NCBI GenBank assembly: GCA_964016885.1 | Contig: OZ024745.1 | Coordinates: 95,852,001-95,916,000 of the forward strand | Reading direction: 5' to 3' | DNA: 64,000 nt | From: Eledone cirrhosa | Lineage: Eukaryota | In this document: positions 24,212 through 37,992 of the stretch, in pieces | Layout: the number at the start of each line of letters is the position of its first letter | Numbering within the stretch: position 1 is the first letter of the stretch | The notes under the pieces: generated by a model | Databases searched by the model: none | What the model saw: only the letters and a program-made list of their open reading frames with translations | What the model was told of the DNA's origin: nothing | Translations under genes and position numbers: made by a program

Positions 24212-25514
24212 AATATATGAACAACCAACCGGAAATTTATAAATTTTTTCTAAAAAATTTTTATTTTTATTTTTAATTCATAATAAATTGGAGTGAAAGC
24301 AACTGGTGCGTGTGTTTCTTATTGGCAACATGACCCTCCCAAATATGTTTTATTTATTTATTTTTATGTGTATTTGGTGTATACGTTTCTATGTGTGCGG
24401 TACAGGCGTTGCGTAGGTTCAGTATGTGCATGTGTGGTGTTTTTTTTTTGTTTTTTTTTTGTGTACGTGCATGTATTTGCATACCCATGTGGAGTGGTTT
24501 CGCATATGCTTGTGTATGTACATATATGGATGTGTGTATGTATATATTTTATTTCAATTACCTCTGTATTTTATTTACTTTATTCTTAACTCTGAAACCA
24601 AGAATCATTCGGTTTCCTAAACGACTAATTTGCGTGTAATTGTTCTCAAGCACCACAAAATGACGTATTATCTTCGTTTTTCCGTTCATTGCTAGAGAAC
24701 GTCTCCATGAACCACCTAATAGAATATTAGTCTACGACTTCATTTATACCATAAACGTGGTTTTGTCTTCGCATGTAATTGTTTTCACTGCACCAAATAA
24801 TGACGTATTATGTTCGTTTTTTTCCGTTCTTTGCCAGGGAACGTTTCCACGAACCAAAGTATCGTCTCCCTGTCTTCCTTCGGTTGCAACGTTTTTTGAA
24901 ATATTTACTTCTGCGTTCACAGATTGACTTTTTTAGTTAATAAATATTTGCTCTATGGTTCTTATATATCTGATATATATTTATCCTTATCGAGCCCTCT
25001 TTGGATTTTAGTCTTCAAATTTATTATTACTATATATATATATATATTTTTATGTTATATATTTTTTTTTAATATATATATTGTATAATTTATTTGCAGT
25101 CTATTGATATGCAACATTCCTAAACCTCCCAGAAAAAAATATATTCTGAGTTGTGTTAACTATATATGTAATTACCACTCACTAGTTGAGTATGTCTGTG
25201 GTTATCTGGAAGCATTGTCTGTGTATTTTGTTACCTAATATACAATACATCATCACCATTTAACTTTTATTTTCTATGTTTGCATAGGTTAGATGAGGTG
25301 TTCCATTCTGATGTTAGACTGGCCAAGTGATCATATTTAACTCATACGTTCCATTTTTGGCATGGGTTCTACAATTGGATATCTTTGCTAACACCAACCA
25401 CTTTACAGCATGTACTCAGAACACGGTGCTAGTATTTCCGCCCAGTAGGGTGAACTGGGTGTTTTTTATCATGGCACCCATACTACAGTATGTGTGTGTG
25501 TGCATATATGTATG

Positions 25515-26744
25515 TATGCTGCGAAGACAAAAGTATTTACATCAATCATAAGAGATCTCTTGTATGCAGATGTTTGCGATCTTGTAGCGCACACAGAGAG
25601 TGATATGCAGCACATTTTGAATGCATTTTCTGACGCGTGCACTGCCCTATGTTTGACTGTCAGTCTCAAGAAAACCGTCGTCATGTACCAACCTGCCCCT
25701 GGTAAGCAGTACACTGAACCAAACATCTATGTGTATGGCAAACGACTTGGAGTGGTTGATCAGTTTGTCTACCTGGGAAGCACTGTCAATCGATACAGCA
25801 ACCTTGACAGTGAAATCTCACTTAGGATTAGGAAAGCAAGTGATGCTTTCGGAAAGCTAGAAAGGCGACTCTGGGGTCGGCGAGACATATGCAGGAGAAC
25901 AAAGGTAAAGGTGTACAGGGCATGTGTGCTCTCTTGTCTTCTTTATGCCTGCGAGACCTGGGTCACATATCGACACCACCTTAAGCAATTGGAGCGTTTC
26001 CATCAGATGTGTCTCAGACGGATCCATGGCGTTCACTGGAGGGACCACATCAGTGATGTCAAGATTTTGGAAAGCTCTATGTGTGACAGTATAGAAGCTC
26101 TTGTGCTTAAGCAACGACTCCGTTGGAGTGGTCACCTTGCCAGGATGAAGGATTCTAGAATACCAAAACAACTCTTTTATGGAGAGTTGGTTAAAGGAAA
26201 ACGACCGCCACATGAACAAAAAAAGAGGTATAAGGATTCCTTGAAAGTCTCTCTGAAAGATGCTAACATCTCTGCTGATACATGGGAAAATATTGCTGCT
26301 GATCGTAATAAATGAAGAAAGACTGTATATGAGGGAAAAGTTGCCTTTGGGGCATCTCGAATCGCATACGAGAAAGTAAAGCAGGATGTGAGGAAGGGCA
26401 TTGCTGTTGCACTTCCAGACGGCGAGGGTCCTCCTATGGTGCTGACATGCAGCGTCTGTATGAGACTCTGCCTAAGCAAAGCTGGACTCGAAAGTCATCT
26501 TCGCAGTCATAAAGTAAGACCAGTGGTTGACTACCAGGCTGCTGTTGGAGATGCTACTCATCATGCTTGCCAAACATGTGGTAGAGAATGTAAATCAGCA
26601 GGAGGGCTCAAGCGACATGCAAAAGTACCCAAACTCCAACCACAGCCGACTATTCCCAGTGAATGTTTTGGTTGCCGACTCTGTGCAAGACATTTTAGAT
26701 CATTGGCTGAGCTAAAAAGCCACATTCGATCGCAGCGGTGTTAG
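25515..26744 (+). mobile_element. 5'-truncated RTE (BovB-like) LINE with three C-terminal C2H2-type zinc fingers
   Basis: LLYADVCDLVA, FVYLGS, LLYACETW, RLRWSGHLARM, RIPKQLFYGEL; then CSVC..L.SHLRSH, CQTC..LKRH and CRLC..LKSHIRS. Premature stop at 26313-26315. A probable 3' terminus lies at 27266-27305. Confidence 0.9.
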
Positions 26745-26925
26745 TTGCTATCGTGTGTATGTGTGTATAGATATGCTTATGTGTGTGCGTGTCTGTGTAT
26801 ATATATATGTATATTATTATTGTTGTTGTCGTTATTATTATTGTTGTTATTATTATTATTATTATTACTGTTATTAATGTATGTGTGTGTATATATGTGT
26901 GTGTGTATATGTGTATGTATGTGTG

Positions 26926-26998
<73 letters not shown>

Positions 26999-27413
26999 TA
27001 GCGAGAATCGTTTTCAGCTCAGGAATTAACGAAAATCAACGTCCGATATGTGTGGCAAGCGCTCGATGAATCATATGAATCAGAGCTACAACATACGTTA
27101 AGGGCCAAACACACTGAGATGATGGTTAAACATATCATCCGCACAGCCAAAACAAAACGACCAAGTAATTCGGGTCAAACAATAAAAATATATATATTTC
27201 CTTTTTTTTCCTTTTTTTTCTTTTTTTTCTCTTTTTTATTTATTTATTAATTTTTTTCTTTTCTCGTGCAATGGCCATACTCGACAACGAGGGGGCAGCC
27301 ATCATATATATATATGTATGTATATATATATATATATATGGAAAAGTGGATGTAAAAACGATGATGATGATGATTATGATATATATACATATATATATAT
27401 AATAAATAAATAA

Positions 27414-27444
<31 letters not shown>

Positions 27445-29529
27445 GAGAGAAGGTGAAATTGGAAATAGCATGGAAAATATATTTAAAAATCTGTTTTTCT
27501 TTTTTTTTTCCTTTCTTTGATTCATCAAAGTAACATTATTGAAAAAAGGATAAGGACAATTCTTTTAAAAAAGAGTTTTATAATGTATATAAAGTATATA
27601 AAATATAACTGGTTTCGATGTATTAGTAAAATCCATCTTATCAAATGTTGAGTATTACAATTAAAAAGAATTGAAAATTCAAAATTAAAGATTTAAAATT
27701 AAGTGTTGAGGCAAGTTTGTTCATCTTTCTTGGGAAAATGGAATCTTGTGTATATAGAGAGAGAGGTAGTCATGATAGTAGCAACAGCAGCAGTGGTGGT
27801 AGTTGTGTTTTTTCACACAGAACAAAATTGTTCTGTGTGAAAAACCATTCCGTGAATGCCGGGGGTACACTTATTACACTACAAAAAGACTAAAATTATT
27901 TACCTTTTTATTGATAACAAACCCCATGCATGGAAACCTGCAAACAAGCTACAAATATGGATTGACAAAAAATTTTTGTTTACAACTGGTAAAATAAAGT
28001 ACTCAATACATAAAGTATAACATGCATATTTCATCAAAAGCCTAAGCTTCATGAATTGTAACTCTAAGCTTTACATTTCCAATTGGTCAAATAAATATCT
28101 TCCATTGGAACAATCAGAATCAAGACACAAGAATACTCAACTTTTAACCTCTTCAGTTTCAAAGATGAGATAACTCATCCTAACGTGTTTGAACTCTTTT
28201 CCAACAGTCATAACTTCAAATTTATGAACTTGTTTCCAACAGTTCATAACTTCAAAGCTAGATGGGGTTACTAGTTTATTGATGTGACGTTTGTCAATCA
28301 TTCAGATATGTGTTGTTAATAAATGTTTGATTAAAAAAATAGTCATTTCACTGAAAAAAAAACGGCACAGCAACTGTAGCTGTGTAAAATATTCATGGCA
28401 GGCAATAGATTAAGTTACTATCTTAGTAAAATGAAATGATTAATGATTTTAGTAATGCCATCAAAATCCTTCATTATTTAATTAAGATAGATTGTATTCC
28501 ATTCGACATGCAGTCATGAAAGGTTTAATGACCACTGGTTCTGCTTTCCTAAACATGTGAATGTGTGCGTGTGTGTGTGTGCATGTATGTGTGTGTGTGC
28601 ATACAATATTTAGTCATGTACAACAGTGTGTAGAACAAATTAACAACGGTTGTGGAATATGTGACAAATCAATATACATTTAAAATGTTACAGTAATTCA
28701 TACAAAAGGGAAGAGAGAATGCGTCATTGTATCATTGTAGTAGAACAAGTCAAGTAAAATGTGAAAAAATTCAACATAAATATTCATTCAAATATTTCTA
28801 TAAACTTTGATGCATTTTAAAGAAAGTGTGTTGACCTTACATTTACATAGAGTTATAGTGGAATGTGCAGGCAATTGGATATTTTATTTCAGTGAGTACA
28901 TTAGCTTTTTATTCCACTTTTATGAGAGATTCAATAGCATCCCAACATCAAATCTTTTAAAAAATTCAAACTGATTAACATGCCAAAATGGCTACTGCTA
29001 ACAGTAGTAAACATTTGCAATCAAACATGTGCCAAACGATATCAAATTCTGGGATGTACTAGTTTAGAAATAAAAAGAAAGAAATTGATAAAATAATGTC
29101 AGAACATAGTCTAGAAGGTCAGCAAGTAAAAGCATCAGCAATTGTTACTGTGAACAATGGCCTAAGAATGATGTTAAAACTCATTTATCAGCTTGTTACA
29201 ATAATTAAATTTTTATCCTGCTGCAATCTCTTCCTAGAGTTATACAAAGGGAATTAACTTGCGGGCATTGATGACTGTATTATTAGACCAAATGACATGT
29301 CTGATGACAGAACTAAACTGAAAGATGAATTTTTGATGAAGAATATTTGTCAGAAACAGAAGACATAAATGGAAGACAAATTATAAAGCAAAGATTGATA
29401 TAACAAAATCTCAATTCTCCAATACATGTGAAATGACATGTAAAAATGAATAAATAGCAAAAATGTTCTCTGCCAAATATATTGTATTTTAGTAAGACTA
29501 AGTTTCTTTGAAATTTCTGTAAGGAACTT

Positions 29530-29912
29530 GAGTGGTGGATTAGCAGTATCAGTAGAGCATCAGATACCATGCTTTGCAGCATGGAGTTATAGTCCTTTAC
29601 GTTCTGAGTTCAAATCTCGCCGAAGTTAACTTTGCCTTCATCCTTACGGGGTCAATAAAATAAAGCACCAGTAATGCACTGGGATAATTGTTGGCCGTGT
29701 ACCAAAAGTAGAAATAATTATTAAAGGACAGTGGATTGTCAGTATTGGTAGAGCATCAGACACCATACTTTGCAGCATAGAGTTATGAACCTTTACAGGT
29801 TCAAATCCCGCCGAGGTCAGCTTTGCCTTTTGACTTATGAGGTCAATAAAATAAAGCACTAGTAATACACTGGGGGTAATTGCTGGCCTTGGGCCAAAAG
29901 TAGAAACAATTA
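29530..29912 (+). mobile_element. Two tandem SINE family 1 copies
   Basis: Two gtggatt..cagta..gtagagcatcaga heads, B-box gttcaaatc, and tails ending ccaaaagtagaaa(t/c)aatt. Confidence 0.85.
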
Positions 29913-30295
29913 TTTACCGCAACAACTAGAATACTGTAAGTATCAGTCACAATATAATGTTCAGCTGTTGGGTCAAGTGCATGGTCATATTTGCTTCAGC
30001 TAACAAGTGTTCTATTTATGAAAACGTGCAGTCAGTAACTGCATTGTTTATTTTTTAGCAAGGGAACAGTAAAGTGTCAAAGGTTCAACAACAGGAAAAA
30101 TTAATTTTATGCAATTTGAATTAAAATAACTCTGGAAGTTAATATATTTTGTAGTTATATTTTTGTGTAGGTTTAGAAAAAGTTTGGGGCGTTGGTAAGT
30201 AACAAAGAAACAACACACTGATCAATTTTATGTCTCAAGTAAGAGAAATTGGAAACATTAAAAATGGTCTTTGAGGAGATTTTTCTGGATCTTAA

Positions 30296-30516
30296 CCCTT
30301 TACCATTCATATTACTCTATATTTACTATTGTATTTTCATGGTAAATACTTTATTTCACATAATTATCTCACATAATATAAAATCTATGAGATTTTGATG
30401 TTATTTATTTTGAGAACAATACCTTGACATAAGTATGAGCAGCTGGTTATGGCCGGTTTGAACAGAAAGAGGTGAGAGAATTCTGGCCGGATATGGCCGG
30501 TTTAAATGCTAACGGG
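30296..30516. mobile_element. piggyBac-type MITE family A
   Basis: ttaa|ccctttaccatt...aatgctaacggg|ttaa. Confidence 0.8.
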
Positions 30517-30918
30517 TTAATAAAATGTCAGAAGGCGAGGCAAATGTTTTTTCCTCTCAAACCATTTGCAATTGTAGCGACTAGCGCCACCTTGCCTGGG
30601 GAGAAAAACTAATTGGAGTTACTTCCGTTAAATTCTAGAGGATTCCTTGAACTTCTGGTCTAGGGATTATAAAGGAGGGAGAAAAGAGACATCTTAGCTT
30701 TATTTGGCGACCAGCTCTCGGACAGTTCACTCATGAGCGAGTTTGTTAACCTTATTATATCTGTATCGAATTAAATTAGTGGTTGGCCTGCAGTGGCGTT
30801 TACCAAAGTAAATAACCCTGTAAATAACGTGATCATATAATTTCTACCGACGTTTGAACAAATAATTTCTACCGACGTTTCGAAAAAAGAAAATCATCTC
30901 TCTCGACCAAATTTCATC

Positions 30919-31683
30919 ATGAGCAACACATCGTTACCAGCGTATTCTGGCGATGCCAAATTGTGGTTCGCCCAGCTTGATGCGTATTTTGCGGTCAACG
31001 GAGTACAGGAAAAACAGCAAAAATTAAACGTGTTAATCAGCGGAATTCCAGCTTCACTAGCGATTACAGTAAAAGACATAATCACGAACCCTCCCCAAGG
31101 CGTTTCCTACGAGTCTCTGAAGACAGAGTTACTGCGTAGGAACTGTAGGTCGCCTGAGAGTAAATTTTGTTCCTTATTAGAGGATGAAAATCTGGGGGAC
31201 AGAACTCCTACAGAGTTTTTACGGCGTATCCGTGAACTCAGTGATGCTGCGCTCGAAGACAGTTCCTTCGTAACAAAGTTATTCTTCTCCCGTTTGCCAA
31301 CTAACGTGCAAACCATATTAGCGAATACGGTTGACACCAGTTCGATAGAACAAATTGCTGCCTCTGCGGACAGAATTATGGAATTTTCTAGAGAACCTAC
31401 TTCGGCTGATTCGGTCATTGCCTCTTCTGCTTTCAAAACCCAGCCTGCTTCACCTCGTGAGGATTCAATGTTGAGAGCCATTGACGCGCTAACTAGACAA
31501 GTAACTAAACTATGTAGGGATCGAACGCCATCTAGACGGCGTTCACGAAGTCGGTCTTCTTCCTTTCACCGTCGCGCCAACCTCCCCGCCAACAACTCGT
31601 CTTTGAGTTGGTATCACATGCGTTTTCGTGAAAAGGCGAAACATTGTATTCAGCCCTGCTCTTTCGAGACCTCAGAAAACTAA
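30919..31683 (+). CDS. gag: Gypsy Gag (CsRn1-type, degenerate CHCC knuckle)
   Basis: LWFAQLDAYF, LGDRTPTEFLRR and (S)WYH.RF.EKA..C.QPC.F motifs; open 254 aa. Confidence 0.85.
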   Translation: MSNTSLPAYSGDAKLWFAQLDAYFAVNGVQEKQQKLNVLISGIPASLAITVKDIITNPPQGVSYESLKTELLRRNCRSPESKFCSLLEDENLGDRTPTEFLRRIRELSDAALEDSSFVTKLFFSRLPTNVQTILANTVDTSSIEQIAASADRIMEFSREPTSADSVIASSAFKTQPASPREDSMLRAIDALTRQVTKLCRDRTPSRRRSRSRSSSFHRRANLPANNSSLSWYHMRFREKAKHCIQPCSFETSEN

Positions 31684-31699
31684 AATTGGAGAGTCTGGG

Positions 31700-34600
31700 C
31701 ACGGCAGATCTCTCCCTCATTAATTCACCTTATCGTGCTTTTTTCATCAGCAACCGAGTTTCAAACAAATCATTCATGGTCGACACAGGATCAAGTTGCC
31801 CTTACGGTTCAACTCTACCAGGCCAACTCTTTCCGGCATTTCTTTGTATGCAGTAAACCTATAAAAACTTATGGACAGATATATTTAACTCTGGACCTAG
31901 CTTTAAGTCGAGATTTCAAAGGGATTTTTGTCATTGTCGACCTACCTCATCCTATTCTCGGTGTGGATTTCTTACAGCACTATTCACTTTTGGTAGATGT
32001 CAGGAACCAGAAACTTGTGGGTAGTACCACATCCTTAGCTACGCCTACTCGTAAATCTACCACTACTGCTATCAATCCGTCATTTTTTGTGTCTGCCGCT
32101 GGAAACCAGTTTCATGCACTCCTTACTTCGTTCCCCGAGTTAACGGATATTTCATTTAAACCTACTCAGGCAGCCCACTCGACTCAACACTTCGTTACAA
32201 CAACTGGTCCACCTGTTTTCTCTCCTCCACGAAGGTTGTCTCCGGATAGACTAAAAAAAGCACGAATCGAGTTCGAACACATGCTCCAGCTCGGTCTTAT
32301 ACGACCGTCCACCATCCCATGGGCATCTTCGCTTCACTTGGCTCGTAAGGGTGAAGCGGATTTTAGGCCTGTGGGAGATTATCGACGACTTAATGCCATC
32401 ACCACGCCGGACTGTTATCCTCTACCAAATTTACAGGATTTTTCATCCGTTCTGCATGGATGCAAGCTATTTTCCAAAATAGATCTAATACGTGCATACC
32501 ACCAGATACCCATGAATCCAGGGAATATACCCAAAACAGCTGTGACCACCCCCTTTGGTCATTTGAATTCCTGTCCATGCCTTTTGGTTTGCGGAATGCC
32601 TCTAGTACATTCCAGCGTTTTATCGATGAAGTTACGCGTGGATTGGATTTCGTGTTTGCTTACGTTGATGATCTCCTGATAGCCAGTGATTCGGATGAAT
32701 ACCATCATCAACATCTATCTCAGTTATTTCAACGTCTCCAATCGTACCAAGTCAGAATCAACCCAGCTAAATGTGTGTTTGGTACAGATTCACTGGAATT
32801 CCTTAGACACCTTATAGATTCAGAAGGCATTCGTCCTTTGCCATCTAAAGTAGAGGCGATTCAGCAATTAGCACCACCAACATCCTTGAGACAATTACGC
32901 CATTTCTTGGGATTAATTAACTTTTACCGTCGCTTTATTCCTAACTGTGCGGGCAAGTTGTTCTCCTTCACACAGTTTTTAAAGGCTGCGAAAAAGAAAG
33001 ATGCTCCTATTTCACTTTCTACCGATGCTTTGCAGTCTTTTGAATCCGTCAAGTCTGAGATAGCTGAAATTTCCTGACTCGCCCATCCTGTTGCAAACGC
33101 GAAACTTTCTTTATCTGTTGACGCATCCGATCGACCACCAGGTTCAACCACTGGCGTTTTTCTCACGCCAACTAAAACCAGCAGAGCAACGTTACAGTAC
33201 TTTTGACAGAGAGATTTTAGCAGTTTATCTTGCTGTGAGACACTGCCACCATCTTCTTGAAGGTCGGGAGTTCACGGTATTCACAGACCATAAACCACTC
33301 ACATTCGCTCTTCAAACCAAGTCCGACAGATACTCTCCGATAGCATACGGATATTTGGATTTCATCTCCCAGTACACCCGTGACATTCGTCATATAGCTG
33401 GAGCTGCCAACATACCCGCGGACGCATTATCTCGACTTTCTGTATGTTCTCTTGCGTCTCCTGCACATATCGATTTGGCTACCATAGCAACTGACCAACC
33501 TACTTTGGATTCGCTGGACATTTCTTCTACTCAGTTTTCCTGCTGTAAATTTGATTATTTACCTCTTCCATCTGCTGAAGGAAAAATTCTTTGCGATATT
33601 TCTACTGGCTCACCTAGACCACTTGTTCCAGATTGCCATCAATGTACCGTTTTTGATGCACTTCATTCCTTGTCGCATCCCGGCATAGCTGCCACGGTGA
33701 AGCTTATTACGGCTCGATTTTTCTGGCCTAATATGTGTCGTTTAATCACCGGTTGGGCACGTTCTTGTTTGTAGTGTCAGCGCTCTAAGATTTATCGGCA
33801 TGTCCGTGCTCCTCTTGGGAAATTCAGCCCGCCAGACGCACGTTTCCGTCATATACACATGGATATTGTTGGTCCATGGCTCGTTAGTCATGGGTTCACA
33901 TACATATTGACTTGTATGGATCGTTTCTCTCGGTGGCCTGAAGCCATACCCCTAGTGGAAATAACAGCAGAGTCCGTTGCCCGAGCTTTCATTTCCAATT
34001 GGATTGCTCGTTTCGGTGTTCCTACTAAAATAACTACGGATCGTGGACGCCAATTTGAGGCTTCCTTATTTCGTGAAATATCACGACTCTTGGGTGCTCA
34101 TCACATTCATACGACCAGCTATCACCCAGCCTCCAATGGAATGGTCGAGAGGTTTCATAGACAGTTAAAAGCTGCACTCCGCGCTACTCCTGATCCGCAA
34201 CGTTGGACCGAATTTTTGCCAATTGTGCTTCTTGGTTGTCGTTCTGCCATTAAGACAGATTTAGGTTTCTCTTCTGCTGAACTTCTTTATGGTACCACAT
34301 TGTCCTTTCCTGGACAAATGTTAGTACCAGTGGATTCATCGCATCTTGACCCAGCATCATATGTCACCAGGATTCGTTCGTATTTCTCGGATCTTCCACC
34401 AATGAACCCTCGTGACCAGTCTATTTCTTCTGCTGTCCCATCGGACATCTCTACGTGGACACATATTTTTATTCGGAATGATTCCGTCAAGGGACCACTT
34501 ACTTCACCTTATAAAGGACCTTTTCGTGTGCTTTCGCACACACCAAAACACTTTACAGTGGCTGTCAATGGTCGAAAAGAAGTAATATCCGTTGACAGAG

Positions 34601-34782
34601 CAAAGAAGGCTTTCTCTGAAAGTCTCACATCATTGCCTGACATACCTCACACATACACTCCCACACAAACACCTTCACCTCCACCGCAAACACCACATAC
34701 CACACAACCATATGTCACACGAAGTGGCAGGACAGTAATATGGCCACGTAAACCCCCAAAACAATATACGTCTAACCCCTAG
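31700..34782 (+). pseudogene. pol: Gypsy Pol (protease, RT, RNase H, integrase), disrupted
   Basis: [79 protein letters not shown] motifs, spread over several frames with stops. Confidence 0.95.
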
Positions 34783-35749
34783 TGGCATTAACTATTTGAC
34801 TTCGACAAATTTTGAACTTATTTTGAGCACTATTTTCCTTGCTCCTTTGTACTGTTTTGAATTGTATTGTTCCAGTTATATTTTTCTGCATGCTTATTTT
34901 CATACTTTGCTTCTGTTACAAACCATTGTAATTTATGCACTTTTTGTTTTTCTTACTCCTTATTCTACGGCTCCTCGCTACAATGACTTTACGGTTATGG
35001 TCGACTATCGTCTGGAGGGGAGCCTTGTAGCGACTAGCGCCACCTTGCCCGGGGAGAAAAAACTAATTGGAGTTACCTCCCGTTGGATTCTAGAGGATTC
35101 CTTGAACTTCCGGTCTAGGGATTATAAAGGAGGGAGAAAAGAGACATCTTAGCTTTATTTGGCGACTGACTCTCGGACAGTTCACTCACGAGCGAGTTTG
35201 TTAACCTTATTATATGTGTATCGAATTAAATTCGTGGTTGGCCTGCAGTGGCGTTTACCAAAGTAAATATCTCTGTGACCAATTCACTAAACAATCAAGG
35301 GATCATCTGGTTAGCACTTCTCAGAGTATTCATAGGGATTTGAATGCACTGTTTCTTATTCATTATCCTAATTCATTCTATATTGTGAACAAAAGCATTT
35401 TTGGCTACAGAATTCCAATGAACTAAAGTAAACTGCATTTTTATTGGTAAAACTGACAAGGGAATGCGATAAACTATTTTGCTAATATACATTGTACACA
35501 TTGTAAATATATTGTCAGCCAGGCACATGAGTAAAAGGGCATGTTTTTTGCCTACATCATATCACAAAATCGGATTTTCATCTGAAGATACCATTCTCTT
35601 AACAATAAATGCATTAATTACATCTTGGATTGCATAAGAGAACCGTTGACATAATTATTATGAACAAACGATTCATGTAACATCAGTATCTTTCTTAATG
35701 TTATTCTTATATGTGTGTATGTGTGACTGGTGTAGCAGCATTATCATTG

Positions 35750-35932
35750 GTGGATTGGCAGTATTGGTAGAGGGTTGGATGCCATGCTTTGCAGCATATA
35801 GTTACGGCCCTTTACGATCTAAGTTCAAATCCCGCCGAGGTTAACTTTGCCTTTCATCCTTACGGGGTCAATAAAATAAAGCACCAGTAATGCACTGGAG
35901 TAATTGCTGGCCTTGTGCCAAAAATAGAAATA
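35750..35932 (+). mobile_element. Full-length SINE family 1
   Basis: A-box tggcagtattgg, B-box aagttcaaatcc, attatcat on both flanks. Confidence 0.85.
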
Positions 35933-35939
35933 ATTATCA

Positions 35940-36810
35940 TCAATTGCTACAAGGGTAAAGGAGATGCTCTGGACAGAAAACTATAAAGGCATCAAGTTGG
36001 TTGACAAGGTCATGAATGTCACAGAAAGAATTATAGCACAGCTGGGTAGTTAACCAAGATGAAATGCAGTTTGGATTTGTGCCAGGTAAAAGTATCATGG
36101 ATGCTCGCTTCCTTGTGAGCCAACTGCAGGAAAGTACCTAGCTAAAAGTAATCCCCTCTACTTAGCTTTTATTGACCTGAAGAAAGCCTTTGCCAGAGTC
36201 CCCCATTCCATTATTTGGTGGGCTCTTAGAAAACTAGGAGTAGATGAGTGGCTTGTGAAAGCATACAAGCCATGTATAGAAGAACAGTCAGTAAGGTTAA
36301 AATTAATAATGACTATAGTGAAGAATTTAGCATGTAGGTAGGTATCTATCAAAGCTCCGTCCTTAGCCCCCTCCTGTTTATTATCTTCTTACAGTCTATA
36401 ACAGAAGAGTTTAAAACTGGTTGCCTCTGGGAACTTCTGTCAGATGATCTAATTTTTATAGTATACATCACTTGACCCCTTCCATAAACCTCCCATACAC
36501 TACTATTACACCCACATCCTAATCACTCCACACACATCCTAGTCACCCCATGCTTATCTCACGCCTTCACTCCCCCTGCCTCAGTCCCCAGTCCACAGTG
36601 TAAAGTGGTTGTTTTGGTGTCAAGGCAAAAAGCACCCAGTCCACACTGTAAATGTGATGAGTATTAAGAAGGGTATCCAGCTGTAGAAATCAAGCCAGAA
36701 ACAGTTCTGTATGAGTCAGACATGATCATCTGACCTGACTCACTTCAAATGGGACAATCCGTCTAATCCATGCTAGCATGGAAAATAGATGTTAAATGGT
36801 GATGATGATA
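35940..36810 (+). mobile_element. Decayed RTE RT fragment followed by the RTE 3'UTR module
   Basis: CYKGKGDALDR, DEMQFGFVPGKS and LAFIDLKKAF remnants homologous to 22780-23310. Confidence 0.8.
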
Positions 36811-37110
36811 TATAAGGGTTGTGTATGAAAGTATAATAAACATGAGAGTCTAGCTATGTATTTGTTTTTAAGCTCTGATATGATCACAGCTATCTCAGTA
36901 AAGTGAGAATGACAGATAGCTGTTTCAGGATCTATATCCATCATTGGTGACATTTACTCACTTGTTACTGAGATGAGAATAGGCTAATGCCTATATGGTT
37001 TTGTAGATGAAATCTCGGCTGGAGATGCTCATTTGCATATAGAGCAAACTTGGCGGGTTAGGATTATATAACAGTGGCACTAACATAGCGTGGTTCATAA
37101 TAGGGCTATA

Positions 37111-37403
37111 CAGGTTCACAATCTCTTATCCGAAAACCTTGGGACAAAATACATTTCGGATTTCGAAATTTTTAGCGTAGATTTTAAATTTTTTAGAGAT
37201 ATTTTCACAGTCTTCAAAGTAAAAAAAATCAGCAAAGATAAAGAATTTTTATGTGAGCAGCAGAGGGGATGTGCGTCTGACTGGTAGGTGCACTGAGACA
37301 CAACTGCGTGATCTGGGTTGACTGTGGGTGGTTTTAGGTCAAGTTTAGTGCCAAACATGAGCTTTTTGGTTTTCAGAATTTTGAATAAAAGATTGTGAAC
37401 CTG
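37111..37403. mobile_element. pogo/Tigger-type MITE
   Basis: TIRs caggttcacaatctcttatcc / gaataaaagattgtgaacctg, with TA on the left flank. Confidence 0.75.
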
Positions 37404-37764
37404 GATATGAAAGTATATATGTTATGTTTATGATTAATGAGTCTTGCTTTTGTTATTTTGTAAAGCTAGGTTATATTTTCCTTACTAATATAGACTTAAC
37501 TATATTCGCAGTTAATTGACTTAATATAAAACCATTTATCACTGAAGAGCCATTCAATAATTTCCTCTGCAGGTAAGTGACAATACAATGAAGAGTAATT
37601 GTTATGCGAGGAACTAAGTTCAGTAATGCAAATCATGATACCTTGATCAGCTATGGTACTCTGCTCTTATAATACTACTTATTATAGTAGTTGTAACATA
37701 TTATATACTACCTTATTTATAGACAAAGTGGTGAATTAACCAAGTTGTTAGGGCATTGGATTAA

Positions 37765-37992
37765 CTCTTTAGTTACCAACCTGGCCAAAACTGGCTCTGG
37801 TGCTATGAAATAAACCACCCATTTTAGAGGTTTCCAATTTAAATTTAAATTTTCCAACATAATTTTATATAAGAACCATTAAGTTACTACCTTAGCATTG
37901 AACTAATTAATAATTTTAGTAAATCCCTCAAAATTCTTCATTAATTAATTAAAATAGAGTGTATCTCATTAGAAATATGGTGATGGAAGAAT
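37765..37992. mobile_element. TTAA-bounded MITE family B
   Basis: ttaa-bounded; homologous to 1913-2151, 44180-44403 (inverted) and 28410-28530. Confidence 0.6.

Larger units (their letters stand above)
30573..35269 (+). mobile_element. Ty3/Gypsy LTR retrotransposon, CsRn1-like lineage, decayed provirus
   Basis: LTR-homologous blocks at 30573-30814 and 35026-35269 start TGTAGCG and differ at roughly a dozen positions. PPT ggaggggagcc precedes the 3' LTR. Domain order gag-PR-RT-RNaseH-IN. Confidence 0.95.

Noticed and set aside
29300-29335. CTGATGA...GAAA as another hammerhead
   Set aside because: Stem II is only 2-3 bp and there is no stem I pairing; compatible with chance.
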